Origin: the human T2T-CHM13v2.0 reference genome, Homo sapiens
Assembly: GCF_009914755.1 (NCBI RefSeq)
Contig: NC_060947.1
DNA length: 64,000 nucleotides
Reading direction: 5' to 3' (one strand)
In this document: positions 26,219-42,931 of the stretch, in pieces
Layout: every line of letters begins with the position of its first letter
Numbering within the stretch: the stretch's first letter is position 1
Notes under the pieces: model-generated
Told to the model about the DNA's origin: nothing
Seen by the model: the letters and a program-made list of their open reading frames with translations, nothing else
Database searches by the model: none
Translations under genes and position numbers: made by a program

Positions 26219-26993
26219 CTAGATGAAAGCACCCTGTACCAATTGAATTACATGACTAAGAAGTCTCTACTGTAATTATTTTTCTATCCAATTGAGGCAA
26301 ATAAGGGACAATTTGGGCAAATAGAGCCTGTGAATTTGAGAAATTTGTCTCAAAGATGAATAAAAGTCCTGCCAAACATGAATACCAGATGATGAAAAGG
26401 CAAATTATGACCTATATCCATTCAGATCACACACATTTACTTCAAAGGTCCAGACTTCAGTGGTCCTGGGTCAAGCTCAGTTAGATTTCCTCATTGAAAT
26501 AAGTGCACTTGAGAATGAAAGGCAAATAATTATCAGCTAATTACAGGGATGACTACCTTTAATGTATGCTTCTGCATCTACAATGTTGGGTAGAAGAAAA
26601 ATTACCCAAAATAAAGAAAAAGGAGAAAAACCTTTGGAAATCTGGGATCTTTCCTGAGAGGCAATTCTCCTCAAAAAATAAATGTTATGCTGTAACAGTT
26701 CAAAACCCCTCTGGAAATTTGCACATCCAATATCATTCTACCAAAAGATGTAGGTTTCATATTGCTTACCTTTTGCTATATTATACTAGAGACATCATTT
26801 CATCATTTTCAGAAACAATTACTGCTTCCAACTAATATTAGGGAGCTCATAAATCTCTCCCTATGGGAGAGATAAGATACATTTTTCCATATGATAATGA
26901 TTCTATTTTTCCTATTATGAACTTAGTGACTGACTTTAAATAAATTCTTATTTTTCCTGATAATTTTTAAAGTGAAATTTAGTATGGGATTTA

Positions 26994-27321
<328 letters not shown>

Positions 27322-27504
27322 TTAAAAATGGATAAAAAGAATCCATATTTTGAAGGCCCACTGTTATAGGGGAATTATTAACCAAATATTAATGAAAACA
27401 GTCTTAGTCTTGTGTTAAAAAATAATAATAAAGCACTGAATAAAAGTTTTGGAACTCCAAGTGATAAGTATCCGTCAAAACGAATTTTCAATAAAGTCCC
27501 TTAA

Positions 27505-27805
27505 TTTCCTACTCGGTCACATATTGTATGATCCCTTTTATATAAAATATTCAAAATAGGTAAATCCATAAAGACAGAAAGCTGAGTGGTAGTTATCAGG
27601 GGCTGAGGGACGGGTAAATGGAAGATTAACTGCTCAATGGGCATGGAGTTTCTTTCCCTTTGGGGTGATGAAACGTTTTGGAAACAGATTGATGTGGTGG
27701 TTGCGCAACATTGTGATACACCAAATGCCACCAAATGTATGCTTCAAAGTGGTTAATTTTTATGTTATGTGAATGTCACCTCTATATAGAAAATAAAAAT
27801 TAACA
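27505..27805 (+). mobile_element. L1MB-type 3' end
   Basis: cacatattgtatgatcc...aaaataggtaaatccataaagacagaaag...tggggtgatgaaacgttttggaa. Confidence 0.8.
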
Positions 27806-29693
27806 ATACTTTCTAAATGGTGTTTGTTTTATATATATATACAGATTTCCATAAATTATATATATAAACAAAAATTTACATATAAACATCTTTTTAATTG
27901 TATAACCAAGTTAACAAGAAAGTGATAGAAATCATAAGGGGCTCAATATAAGAAGCAGATGGAAATACAAGTGGTTATATGAAACTACAGTTATCCTGGA
28001 GCCTTTGATGATTTCCCTAACCAAGGGAATTAGACTTTAAGGGCAGAACTAGGACCAGGGGAAACATTTGGGCCACATGGCATGAAATGTTCTGAGACTA
28101 AAAATGAAGTTCAAACGCTGAAAGGAATAAGTTGATGAAAGTGTTCATTGGACACAAGCCACCTGTCCAGACGGGAGGAAAAAAAGGAACATATTTTGGC
28201 CTGGGATCTGGATTTGAAAAAAAAAAAAAAAAAATTTCTTCCCTGTAACAGCAAATTACAATGAATGATAGAAATAGGTGGGGAAAAGTAACAGTTAAAG
28301 ACTTAAAAGACTTCTAATGAAAAAGGATAAATACTTATATTAAACTACTAAATAAAATTAAACAAAATTATCAAAACTTAAGGAGTTGAAATCGTAAAGT
28401 TTAGTATGTGGGAAGTAAAAAGGAAAAGAACTAAAATATATAAAAGTGATTTGAAAAGCAAAAGGTCATATAAAATTAAAAGATAAAAGGAAGGGTTTTT
28501 AGAAAGCATAGCCCTTAGTCAAAAAATAGAAAGAGAAAATAGGATACTAATTCATAGAAAAATAATTTATAACAAGTTAAACAAACTAATAGTGTACATA
28601 ACCAACACAGAAATGCCAAGTTACTATTAGCTTTCAAATACAATAAATTTATACACAACCATAGTAAGGAAAAATAACAACTAATAGCAAAGTTGGTGAC
28701 AGTTCCTAGAAAATGGTAGGCAGTGGCCATGTCCCATGTAAGGGCCTGGGCAGACAGAGGCCCTCAACAGAGGCCAGGGTGGCAGGATCCCAATTCCAGA
28801 GGTCAAAGCCCTGCCCTTTGGCTATTTATAAGATTACTTGAAATCCAAGACACTCCCTCAGTACAAACACATATGTAGAGACACTATGATACTAGGGATA
28901 GAGGTTTCTCTGAGATCAGACAACTGACAAATGAGAGAGCTGTCACTTCACCTCTGGTCTTCTGAGTCAAGAACATAGATTTCTGTCACTTCCCCGAATT
29001 CTCAACTTTAAGACGACAAACAGTGAAGCAATTAAACACACAATACCACGTGTTGGCTTTTACGATTTTATTTTCCATTTATTTTTTTGGCTTTGGAATC
29101 TCAAAAATGTTATGTCTAGTTAGAAGAATGAATTGCGTAAGGCAAATAAAAATCCTTCTGCTCATACTAAAGAGAACAGAGCTGGGTGACATTACTCAGA
29201 GGGAGGAGGAGAGGGACCCAGGGACCCAGGGGCCAAAGAGTACAAGTGGAAAACAATAGAGTCCACCTGGGACCCCAGCAGGAGCAGATAATGCCTGTGC
29301 TCCACCAAGGACGATTAACCATCCTCAAAATCGGAAAACTAAGAATTTCACACTGCAGTGAAATTTTCAGAAAGCTAAGATTATGCTAGTTGGGAACCAT
29401 CACCTAGTCTGAGATTATAACCTCATGCTTTTTTGGTGTTAACATGATTTTTCTGTTATAAAATGATAACAAAAGTTGTCTCTCACATCTGTTTATTTGG
29501 AAAAATTAAAATTTGGCAACCTTAAACCAGTCAATCAATTGATTATTACTATTATTTTTAGGAAAATCGTATCAGTCTGAGAAGTGGGAAGGTCTGAGTA
29601 TTCTGCTTTTGCAGACAAAAATGGCAAACCTTAATAAGAGGGTGCGAGCAGCCACGATGTGTATGTGTGAGTCTGCATGAGAGAAAAAGCTAG

Positions 29694-29721
<28 letters not shown>
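29694..29721. repeat. (CA)n microsatellite
   Basis: About 14 CA units seen directly. Confidence 0.95.
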
Positions 29722-29724
<3 letters not shown>

Positions 29725-29854
29725 AGACAGAGAGAAAAACACGGAAGGCCACTGCAGAAGGCGGGAGTTTTGGAGAGGCATTCCGAGAACGAGGAAGGAA
29801 GAGACTGAGATGGATGAGGGTCAGTGCCTTGTCTCCGTTGTCTCAATATGGTGC

Positions 29855-30300
29855 TTTCCTTAGCCTGGGTTGTCCTGAAAATCAGAGCCTGGGACAAGGG
29901 TACTCATGCAGGTAGTTGATTTGGGGGAGTGATTCCAGGGAACAGTAATGGAGGCTGGGAAAAGGGAAACAGGGAGGTGCAACACACATGGGGGCACCTG
30001 GCGTTTAAACTCACTGGGACCTTTTGGGGAGCGTTAGAGAACACACCTCAGAATTGTCTGCCAGTGGCACAGAAGTCGGGAGCATTTATCACATTCCCCA
30101 TATCTCAAGGGTTGCCCTGTGGGCTGCTAACTCCCCCACACTTCCAACTTACGCCTATATGAGTACCAAGAGAGCTTCTGCATGTCTCCCAGGTAATGAT
30201 GTCAGAGGAACCTGGGAGCAGAAAGTGAGAAGTACAAGATGCAGTTGAGATGAGGTGCTGCAAGGTTATATAATATCTGTGCAGAACTGGTTGCCACTTC
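29855..30300. mobile_element. ERVL-type LTR (LTR16-like)
   Basis: cctgaaaatcagagcctgggacaagg...gcaggtagttgatttgggggagtgattccaggga. Confidence 0.55.
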
Positions 30301-31089
30301 TATGGCTGGGGTAATAGGTGGGCTGAGGGATGTCACATGCCCCTGAGTGTCTTAGCCAGTTTTTTTTTTTTTTTTTTTTGTCAAGTAGTAGGATCCAGAA
30401 GCAGTTGTTTCATCATAAGAAACAAAAGCTTTCAGGTGAAATATCAGTCAGATGTATTGTTTTTCTCATTAGCCTGTAGCAACTGTGGCCTCATCTTAGT
30501 GACAGCTTTGGCAGACAGACATTCTTCTAACATGCCGTGCACCTAAGCATAGCTAAGACTATAGCTGATGTCTCAAAATATCTCACTTCCCAAAGTCCCT
30601 AATGTCCTCTCACATTTACACAGCAGTTATAGTGACCTGTTCTTTGCATAATTGCTTAATAATTCTGTCTCAAGTGTTACTGCAATGGGACTCCTTAAAT
30701 TCTGCATAATCTAGACTGGCTCAATCCCAGCCTAGGACAGGCTTGAATTGCCACATTTGACCAGCCCTACTAAAGTTACAGAACATTTTCACATGATATT
30801 TTTCCTTTGGCCTACACATCAGTGCTGCAGGGATAGGCTCAAATGGTAAAAGTGACGTCTACATTCCAGAGTTAGCATAACAAGCAAGCCATAGACTAGC
30901 CATAGAATGCTAGGATCTCTGACAGTGTTCTTTCCTCATTAACATTCTGTTTCTTGTCTGTAATAATTTGAAAACTGTTTTTAGGAGAAACTGGCCCGCC
31001 TTCTACAAATTAAAGCTGGGACCAGCTTCTGTCATAGTTGTTAATGTATCTCCCAGTGGTTCACTTGATATTCTTGATATTCAACTGAA

Positions 31090-34000
31090 ATCAATTCTGC
31101 CTATCTTAAAAAAAGAAAGATCTTGTTGAAAAGTTTTGGATTGTTGTCTCACAGAATCAGCAGGAAGGCTAAAGAACTAGATTAATGAATAAACAGGAAC
31201 CAAAGTTACAGGATTGACTAGGTTCTCTTTTTTTTTTTTTTTACCAGAACATCACATAAGTTTATTTCAAATGTAACAGCAATGTTAAAATTGACGAGTT
31301 TAATTCTTAACTGCACCAAGTAAACTTAGCCATTTAAGTACTTTTTTAAGTTATTCCCTCCAAAAAACTGAGGGAGCTTTTCTTTTCCACCACCACACAC
31401 ACACCATGGTTTCCCAATAGTTCTGTTTTTGGAAGACTTTTCAACTGATGAGTAAACTGCTTTAGAGATATTTCAGAACTTCATTCCCCATATGAAAACT
31501 AATCTGGACAAACTATATATTGCATAGATTTCTCTACAGAGTTTTTGCTTTAAAACCTAAATGTAGTTACCATACAGTGTAATTTTAACCTATTTGCTGC
31601 ACAGTTAAAACTATTTGTCCTGAAAAATAAGATGGATATATCCCGTGATTTTCCAATTAACAGAATTGTTCTACCTCAAAGATAATTATTATCATATATC
31701 AAAATAACCAGCTCAACATGGGACATTACTTCAGTCTTTACTGACTCATAGGCATATGAAGTTGTGCCCAGCTTTTTACCTCTTCCACATTCTCCTCCTC
31801 CTCCATAAGTGGATGGAATGATTTAATATAAGTTTGATGTAGGACAATTAATCTTTTACAAACATTTACAATTTAGGTTAAGTCACTGACTAGCGTGGAA
31901 AAAGAAAGTCTATATATAATGATAGGGAGCCTACACACTCCATTCAAAATTTAATATTTTTCCACCTTAAATTACATACACTTGTCATGAGGCAGCTATT
32001 CGGTTTTCAATAACCACATTTAGGGATACATTCATAGGACTGATGAGATAGTCCAGGTGAAATGGTTATAGAAATAGAGGCAGTGTCATCTCAGAAAACC
32101 ATTTATATATCGAAGTCTATTTTGATATCTGGAAAGTTTACAAAAGCGCTGCTGTATTCTTCAAACTAATTACGACTTCTGTAACTCAAGCACTCTTCTC
32201 TTGGCAAGAGCAAACTGAAGCTTATCCATGAAGATAAAGGTGCTTAATGCTAAACTTTTCTTCTAAGCTTAGATTTGGATTGTTTAAGAAAAGAATGCCC
32301 CCAAAAAACCAGCAAGGTCTTTCTACATTTTTACCATTTTGAGATTAGAACCCTATAAACTCATTCATCAACTCTCTTCTTTTTCTGTATTATTCTTGGC
32401 GCTCAAAACTGTTGAAGTCTACTGCACTTTGTACTTTCACATTCTCAAATAAAAACTTAAGGTTATAAAGTGTGCATAAACATTTTATAAAATAATTTTT
32501 CATTTAACATATTTGGAGATGAGACTTTCATGCCATAATTTTACATAAGAGGATAAATATTATGAATGAAACTTCCTTTTAAAGTCAAATGACAGAAAGC
32601 TCAAGCCCTGTGCATTGTTTTAAAATCTAACTGAGAACATTTCTAAATATTGGAGATGGGACTACAGGAGGAAAACATGAATATTTTAGATGTCTCCCAT
32701 CTTACAAAGTTATCAACCTGTCAAAGCTTCTCTCTATGTGCTGGAAAATGATCTGGCATAAACCAGTCCTCTCAGTGGAGGAGGTCACAGTGACATTTGT
32801 ATTACTACACTTTACACTTCTACTTTTTCAAGAATAGAGGCAATATGTTGAACAATTACACCTGCCCCAAATCCTTAAACTCAATATCATAGGCACAGAA
32901 TGTAAGCAAATCTGGGGTGTTCTCTAACAGATATGCAACAGCACAGCTATGTTAGTCTCAAAAATACTGTCTAGATATTTTTCCCTATAAAATCAAATGC
33001 TCAGTGGCCACTTTTAACAGCTGGCATTAGATGACATTAATTGCATTTATTGTGTCACCTAAGCTTCCTGTTCGGTATTTTTAAATATGTCCAAGAGAAA
33101 ACACCTGCTTCAGGTTTATTTAGGGATAGTGACCTAGAAGGACATCAACTCCATTTTTAAGGTTAGACTATTGTCGGGTTTACTGAAGGAAAAGGAACAG
33201 GGGAAAATTAAATCACAACAAACATTTTTAGGTTAGTTAAGGGCCATATCTCTAGCTGGGATATAAAAACATTAATCTCAGCAGCCCATATTCTAAAAGT
33301 TAATGCCGCTAGTAACAATCAACAGCAGGAAAAACAAACCTGCTAACAACCAGCCCACTCATTAGCAAAAAAGAAGTTTAACTCAAATACTTAGACCAAA
33401 GTATAACACTACCTAAACCAAACTGTCCCACCTACTAGCAAGAAGAGAAGAAATAATTGCTTAAGTATCAAAATAAGCTTAGTATTTCTTACAAGGATAA
33501 CGATGTTCCAACTCCCGAGAGAGTGCTCAGAAGGACTAAAGGTGGGGTGAAGGCAATGTCTAGGGATTAGTATCCCACAAATTCTGTAAAAACCCAAAGT
33601 ACCATAAACACACTCAACTTGTCTATGAATTACAGAACAAGATATTGCTGCTACTTCTTTTTGTCTTTTGAAATATACAATATTTTGTAGGCCCTTCAAT
33701 GTGAAAGCAGGACATTCAATTTGAAATTATTTGACAACTAAATTTTTAGGACCGTCTAACTTTAACTGCAAAATTAAACAGATCTACCTTCTCCTTCCTT
33801 CAAACCATCTCAAAAAATAAGATAAAACAATCCAAGCATGATTTTTTTAAAGTACTTGAAAGTATTAAAACTCTTAAAGGAAAGGCAAGGAAAGGAAGAA
33901 GGAAAAACAAGAACAAGGAGGGAGAAAAGCTTTGAAAGAAAAGGTTAAAAGAAAAGTTGGGTTGGGGGAATCAATGGGCCTCTCTTTTATTTGGTCATAC

Positions 34001-34290
34001 GGCTCCACTCATCCACAAGGCAGCGAGGTAGTGAAATTGTACCACATACCCAGAAGAAAGAAAACACTGGAAACAGTCGATAAGCAGCACTTAAGAGTGC
34101 CACAGCTGTGCAAAAGGAATATTCCCTGGTTAGGGCTCCACCACTGGGCACTGACGGTCACCACTAGTGTCACCAGAATGAAGCCTAAACTGCTTTCATC
34201 ACTGATTCTGAATTCAAAGACCATAATTTGACTGGGCTAGGGTCAAATGACCCACGACCTGGCTGCCAGTAGCTGTCTCCTACCATGTCA
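31090..34290. mobile_element. MLT1 (J/K/L-like) LTR pieces flanking the retrocopy (~31090-31227 and ~33995-34290)
   Basis: ctcacagaatcagcaggaaggct...aggaaccaa on the left; ggtcatacggctccactcatccacaagg...cagcacttaagagtgccaca on the right. Confidence 0.55.
31228..33994 (-). pseudogene. 5'-truncated processed retrocopy containing only a 3'UTR, probably of NAA50 (N-alpha-acetyltransferase 50)
   Basis: Seen directly: T15 at 31228-31242, AATAAA on the minus strand 18 nt upstream of it (31266-31261), and ~2.75 kb of repeat-free AU-rich sequence inserted into an LTR. From memory, both ends match the NAA50 3'UTR (CCAAATAAAAGAGAGGCCCATTGATTCC... through ...GAAATAAACTTATGTGATGTTCTGGT). The parent is not verified by search. 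Confidence 0.75.
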
Positions 34291-34683
34291 TTTTATGAAT
34301 TCCATGGCGGAATTCCAAATGTAAAAAGAGGCTTAGATCCTGTCCTAGACAGTCAATAGGAAGGATCATGTCCACTACATGATACATGTCTAATACATTC
34401 AAAGTGCAAGAGAAAATAGAAAAGCATATACTTAAATGGTCCTGTTCCAAGTGTCATTACTACCTGTCCTCTGATTAAAGTGGAAATTAGTGCTACATGG
34501 CCTATTCACTCATATCTCCATTCACATATTCATTTAGGCACCAAATGTTCATTGAGATCTCACCTGCTTCCAGGCACTCTGAAGATACCAAGATGAATAT
34601 GACATGGTCCTCCAGAGTGTTGTATTCCAATAGAGAAAACAGACATTAAATAAATAATTTTAATGCACTGTAGTAAGTCTTTA

Positions 34684-35051
<368 letters not shown>

Positions 35052-35891
35052 ACAGATTAGTGCTAAGGGGTGGTTGGCATGAAGTAGAAAGTAATTAACT
35101 TAAACCAAGGTGGGGTGCATTAGCCAGGGATGGCCATTCTGGGAATAAGCTATAGTAGTGGCAGATGAGGGTAAGCTGCAAGGTACCTGCATTAGGTAGA
35201 GATGAGTAACATAGTGTATCAGGGGCACAGAAAAGCAGATAGAGCTGAGGGTGAAGATGAAGGCCAGATCGAAGAAAGCCTTCCTGGTCATGCTGGGCAT
35301 GAGCTTTGTCCTGCAGACAGTAGCAGTGCTGACATTGGGAGTGGGATGGTTAGTCCAAACTAAAGGAGGGGTGGGCTGGTGCATAGAGGCTGGTATATTC
35401 CTTGAGATAGGGCAGGGATTTCCAAAGGACAACCCCATAGGAAGGACAGAGAACCCAGATGACATGTCCAGAGCCACTGAGGCCCAGCAAGGTGAGGAAG
35501 GGTCATTTCAGCTAGACTAGGAAGTCTTGCTACACGTGCTAGTTCCAGGGATGGGGTCTCAGCCATTGGGCTGGAGTAAGAGCAGTGCCCACAGCTGGAA
35601 GGTGTGAAGTCACCAAGTTCCACCAGTTGGTAGCAGGTGGAAGGGAAGCATAGGACTGAAGCCTAGAGCCTGCAGCCTGGGGCTTACAGCAGTGACTTGA
35701 GGGAGCCAGTACTTGACACCTGGAAGCTCAATTTATGAAACCTCTGGAGTAGACAAAGCAGGAGACCAGAAAGCTAGTGAGCTAAGTCTGCACAGATTAT
35801 AGGGGGCCTCTTAAATGGGAAAACTTGCTGGCCCACAGTTTGTCTCTTAAAGTGATAGGTACAACAGAGTCTATAAAACATGGGTGAACAG

Positions 35892-36293
<402 letters not shown>

Positions 36294-36863
36294 TTACAAG
36301 GTAAAACTGATTACAGAGTGATGGGGAAAAAAAGGCAAAAACAAAAACAGAAACAACACAGAGAGCTGGACCCAAGGCACATCTTGCAGAAGGTTGACTG
36401 AATTCTCAGCAACATCTGTTATTGAAACACAGCTCCTTAAATTCTCCACAGCCCAGGCTGTACTGGGCCTGACCATGGCAGCAGTTCTATGGCCTTGCTG
36501 CAGGAAGAAGAAAGAAGGAGTGTGGGGACAAGGAGCTATGCATGACTTGGCAGACATGACTAGAAATGATGGAGATGGGAGAGTTCAGAAAATATATAGC
36601 CTTGCTGCAGACATCCATGCATTCTGAGTCTGAAGAGTAAATTATCTCCTGTAGCCTTCTGTGTTTTCTAGGTTTGCTCAAAATGGAAACAAGAATTAAG
36701 TATAAGCTTCTTAGCATGGCACACCTATCCCCTAACCTGGTCTCTACCCCTCTGTAGCCTCAGCTGCCTCCCTTCTGTCTCATATTTGGCCCTGTTATAA
36801 TGCCACACTCCTGGCTAGTCTCTCCTCTGTGCCTTTGTTAAAGTAATTCCCTTTCTCCAAAAG

Positions 36864-37052
36864 TAGGGCTGCCAGATTTATAAAATAAAATACAGAATGT
36901 CCAGTTATTAAATTTGAATTTCAGACAAACAATGAGTTTATTGTGTGTAAGTATGCCTCATGCTACATCTGGGACATATTTATATAAAGATTTATTCATT
37001 TATGTGAAATTTAAACTTATCTGGATGTCTCATATTGTATCTGACCACCCTA
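36864..37052. mobile_element. MER53 palindromic hAT MITE (second copy)
   Basis: TAGGGCTGCCAGATTT...TTAAATTTGAATTTCAGACAAACAA...GTGAAATTTAAACTTA...ATCTGACCACCCTA. Confidence 0.85.
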
Positions 37053-37629
37053 ACTGGAATGCTTTCTTACTCATTCTTTGGGGTGCATTTCAAAAGTCCT
37101 GTTCTCCAGGAAGCCTTCCCTGAAGTCCTGGGTTGGTCCAAATGCCCTCTTCTGGGCACCTTTGGGCTCACATGTGTGCCTCCAGCCTTGCACATTGTTG
37201 TGAAGTTATCTTTGGAGGCATTATTTTCCTCCATCAGCCTCTCAGTTTCGCCAGAGCCTGATTAAGCAGGAACTTTGTATTCCCAGCATGAAGGCTGCTC
37301 AATAAATGTTGGATGACCTGAATTAATATCTGTAGGAGTACACTTGTAGCCTTGCAAATAAATGCAGCAAATATACCAGCCCAAAGAGGTTAAAAAAAAA
37401 GTTTGTCATTACTCTCTCTGTTGCTCAGGCAATAAAAGAAAAGAAAAGCAAGACTCTTTCTGATGGCTGAGCTTACACCTTGCCCCTGGTGCTGGGTGAA
37501 TGTAAAGGGCAGTTATAAAGAGCACTAAGAAATCATCTAGTACTCTCGCAAAGCATCTAAGTTCAAACACTGTAAAGCTTGACCTTTCAGAGTAACTATA
37601 TGTTTCTATGACTCTTTAGGAAAAAATAT

Positions 37630-38305
<676 letters not shown>

Positions 38306-38826
38306 GTATTTGTATTAAAAAGGAAAAAAGAAAAAGATATTTTGAATTTTTCTATCTCAGAGTGCTACTGAGACAATAACGAAATGTGAAATATTTAATG
38401 ATTTAAGAAGAAAATCATTATTGCAGGCTACTGAATAGGCTAGCAAGGAAATCTAGCCCATTTCCTTGACTTGAGTTAGGAATCATTTCAGCAAGATGAC
38501 AATCTAGCCAAGAATCAAGGATGTTCCTTATTAGTCCAAAGATGCCACTTTACAGATGAAAAAATTAGTGACTTATCCAAGGTCATGGAACTGATTAATG
38601 ACTAAGGGTTAAGGTTTTTCTGATCCCCAGCCCAGCAGTATTGTAATTGTCTAAAAAAACCTTTGAGGAGGGTTTCCAACATCAAGGGGTAATCCATTCA
38701 AGTGTTTATTAGAGGATCCTTATTAACAAAACAAATTCTTCTTTCCTTCCATTTTATCAAAATTTTTCATTCTGTTTAAGTGTTCTTTCAATTGAAAGGA
38801 AAAACATAAGTCTCACCCTCATCAAC

Positions 38827-38876
38827 CTGTGCTTTGTATATTTAAAGACCACTGTACTTTGTATATTTAAAGGCCA
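38827..38876. repeat. 25-bp tandem duplication
   Basis: CTGTGCTTTGTATATTTAAAGACCA / CTGTACTTTGTATATTTAAAGGCCA (2 mismatches). Confidence 0.9.
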
Positions 38877-39983
38877 CTACTCAATTGACCTCTACATCTT
38901 CCCATTCTCAAACAAAACTAAAAAACAGTATTTGGTGGGGTTTGTTCTCCTGGGAAAGTGTCTCTTCTTTGAACTATTACTTGGGTCTTCAGATCCTTCT
39001 TTCATTGGAGCATATAGAATGGATATGGCAATTTAATATGGATCTGCCCAGATTGGGAATAAAGGAAGAACTACTTTTATTTGTGCATTTTCATATATCC
39101 CTACACATCTTATGATTACATTTTCTTTAAAGAAATAAAAGGGGAAAAATATCTTTTAATTATTGCTTCATGATCATGCCATTCGCTTCAAATCACAATT
39201 TAGTTTTACTATTATCAACAGTAAAGTCTCAGTGAGATCCCAAGACCTCTGTCCTGCAACTAAGCATTAGTAACTCACATGCCCTGTATCTTAAAGGGCT
39301 TCCTTTGCTAAAGACGGCTTAAACTCATTCTCTTTGCTATCCTTATGTCCTGCCCTAGGTGAATTTTACTGAGAACTCAAAATCACAAGCATGCAGGCCA
39401 TAAATCTTGCTTAGGGCAAAGTGTATTAAATATCAAGGAATTTAAGTATAGAGTTCCTTCTTGGCCAATTCTCACTCAATTTCCAATATCTATTTTACTT
39501 AATCTCCCTCCCTCTCAGCTGCATTATCTTTATTGTTAATCTACAAAGTCTCTAATTGCCCTGTAATAACACAAGCTTATCTTCTCAGAGACATTTCCTT
39601 GCAAGTTTACTTAATAATCTTTAAAGGTACATGATGCCTATACTTTAAAGAGGGTAAGCATAAATATGTACTCATAAACTGTAATATTGGGGAACTGAAT
39701 AAACATTAAAATCATATGCTTTATAATCTGGCGTGAGAACATTTTCTTCTGACACCTTTGCCTAAAAAATGTCTGCCTTCTCTCCAACTACCAAAATCCT
39801 CCCTATTCTTAAAAGTTCAGCTTAAAAATCTCTCTCCCCATGATACCTTCCTGATCCTCCTGGCCCAAGTAATTCCTCCTTAACTTTAAACTCCTATATG
39901 GCTCACTTGACCTTTAATGTTTTTATAGAATCTTCAATTTTACAAAGCATTTTCCCCACACTTGTATATCTTAAAGCATTTCA

Positions 39984-40149
39984 TTTTTTTAAAGGTAGTA
40001 TATTTTTATTTTTTATGATTTCAACTTTTATTTTAGATTCAGGGGGTACATGTGCAGGTTTGTTATGTGGGTATATTGTGTGGCACTGAGGTTTTGGGTA
40101 CAAATGATCCCATCACCCAGGTAGTTAGCGTAGTACCAAATAGGTAGTT
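39984..40149 (-). mobile_element. Short L1PB-type 3' end
   Basis: ttcaacttttattttagattcagggggtacatgtgcaggtttgtta...; flanked by cttaaagcattt(t)c on both sides (TSD). Confidence 0.85.
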
Positions 40150-41111
40150 CTTAAAGCATTTTCTAAGGGCTTTTGTCTCTCACAGGGCTGGTTGGTACTT
40201 TTATTGTACTAAAGCATTTTTCAGTTGATACTTATTTGTTCATTAGTTTGTTATTAGATGTCTCTCTTCTTCCTTGTTTGTCTGTCTCCACTGGCAACCA
40301 GTTCTCAGCAGTGTAGCCCCAGTAACTTTAATAATACTTGGTATTTGTTGAATAAATGAATGAATGAAAGCAATCCATCACTATAACATTCCTATCTGTA
40401 GGCATTATTATCCTCAATTCCCCCATGAGGAAACTTAGTTTCAGTGGTTGAGTAATTTACCCAAGGTTACATAGTGTCTGACAGAGCTGGATTTCTCCAG
40501 GAAGGTTTTCTGATTTGCTAGTTGTGAGACTGCACAAGCTTCTTCCCCCTGCTGTGTTTCCATGTCCTCATTGTAACAGTGGAGCTAATACCACGCTATC
40601 TGCCTTACAGGATTATTGTGGGGATTAAATGAGCAAGCGTAGGCAAAGTACAGGGCCCTTGTCCTCACTGCTGGACATCCCTAGTTGATACTAATTCATC
40701 ATTCATTGAGTAATACCATTCAAATAGCTACTAATCTAACAATTTTGTTCACAAAGATATAATGAAATACTTTGTTAAATACCTTGCTGAATTTAAAATT
40801 CTCTCAACCTATGAAATCCCTTACCTGCTGGTTTCGTTAACACTATCTACAAAGGAAGTGAGGTTTGGTTTATTTCTTGGTGAACTCATTCCATCACTCA
40901 GTGGCCATGGTTTCCTTGTGTGTGTCCCAGGCTTTCCCTCTGTTATCTGCTTTAGAATTTTGCAGAGGAATTCCATCAAGCACATTATTCCCTCGCTTCA
41001 GAACCCACCTTCCTTCCCTTTTAGAAAATGGGAACATTATTCCAACTTCAAAATAGATTCATTTAGTTTTTATATTTTGTTCCCACAGTGTCTGGTAAAA
41101 TGCATTGCTCA

Positions 41112-41892
<781 letters not shown>

Positions 41893-42931
41893 AATTCTTA
41901 CAATGTCTTTGTAATTGATTAGAATGTACCCAGAACTTTAGTATTTAAATGATCCATTTGCCTCGTAGTATAATAACTAATATTTTTATGTGCCAAGGAA
42001 TGTGCTAAGCCCTTTACAAGCATCATTTCCTATAACTTTTACGATATTACTTTGAGTGAATTAGTATTCATTACCCATTTCACAGCTGAAAAGCTAGGAC
42101 TTATAGATTGTATTTCATGCTCCATGGTGACAAAAAAAAAAAAAAAAAAGCAAACAAACAAAAAACACCAGAAAGAGTAACTGACAAAGAGGAAATAGGA
42201 TAGATACAAAATGAGAAGTGCAGAGCTGCCAGGATTCCTAGAGGATTTGGTGGTTTTCTAATTCCTGATTTTAATCCTTTCTGGACCCTTATTAAAAGAA
42301 ACTTTTTTCTCCCTTAACCTAATTCTACATCATATCTGTTACTTGAAAATTAAGTCTTAAGAAGGCTTTCTGGAAGATGTTACAAACAATAAATTGTTTT
42401 GAGGAAATAGGAGTTTACAAGGTGAATAAAGGGCATTTGCAGAACAAGCAGCATCCGGTGAGAAGGGTATAGTGGCTCCATGCAGCACGACATCCAGTAT
42501 GTTTCAATGTTCCCAATAGGAGGGGAATCTGAGAGGTGTGATGGAAAGTGAGGTGAAGAGATAGACAGAAGCGTAATCACGTTGTGCCTTGCATATCAAA
42601 ATGAAAGAACTTTAAATGTATCCTGAAAACTAAGAGAATAGTTTCAATGTTTAGTAATAATAAATATAAAACTAAGATAATGATTTAAATGTTTAATAAT
42701 AATTAAGATGAATAATTTTAAGCTGGAGATAAAATTTGCATTTTGGACTGATCATGCTGAGTGTAGCCACCTGGTGAAATTTGTGGGGAATTTTCAAGTG
42801 CCAAAAGACCATGGATTTCAGTGATCCAGGAAAGGAGTGGACGGGACCTGAACCAAGGCCAACACAGTCTCACCATTACCTAAAAGGTGGAGGGTTTTTA
42901 TTAAAAAAATAAAAATAAAATAAAAAGACTG

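Noticed and set aside
33981-33988. TCTCTTTT matching 31224-31231 as a possible TSD for the retrocopy
   Set aside because: Low complexity, and it falls inside sequence I recognise as parent mRNA (CCAAATAAAAGAGAGGCCC on the minus strand).
34009-34224. 71-aa hydrophobic ORF directly 5' of the retrocopy, as a possible parent CDS
   Set aside because: It lies in MLT1-like LTR sequence and does not resemble NAA50 or any protein I recognise.
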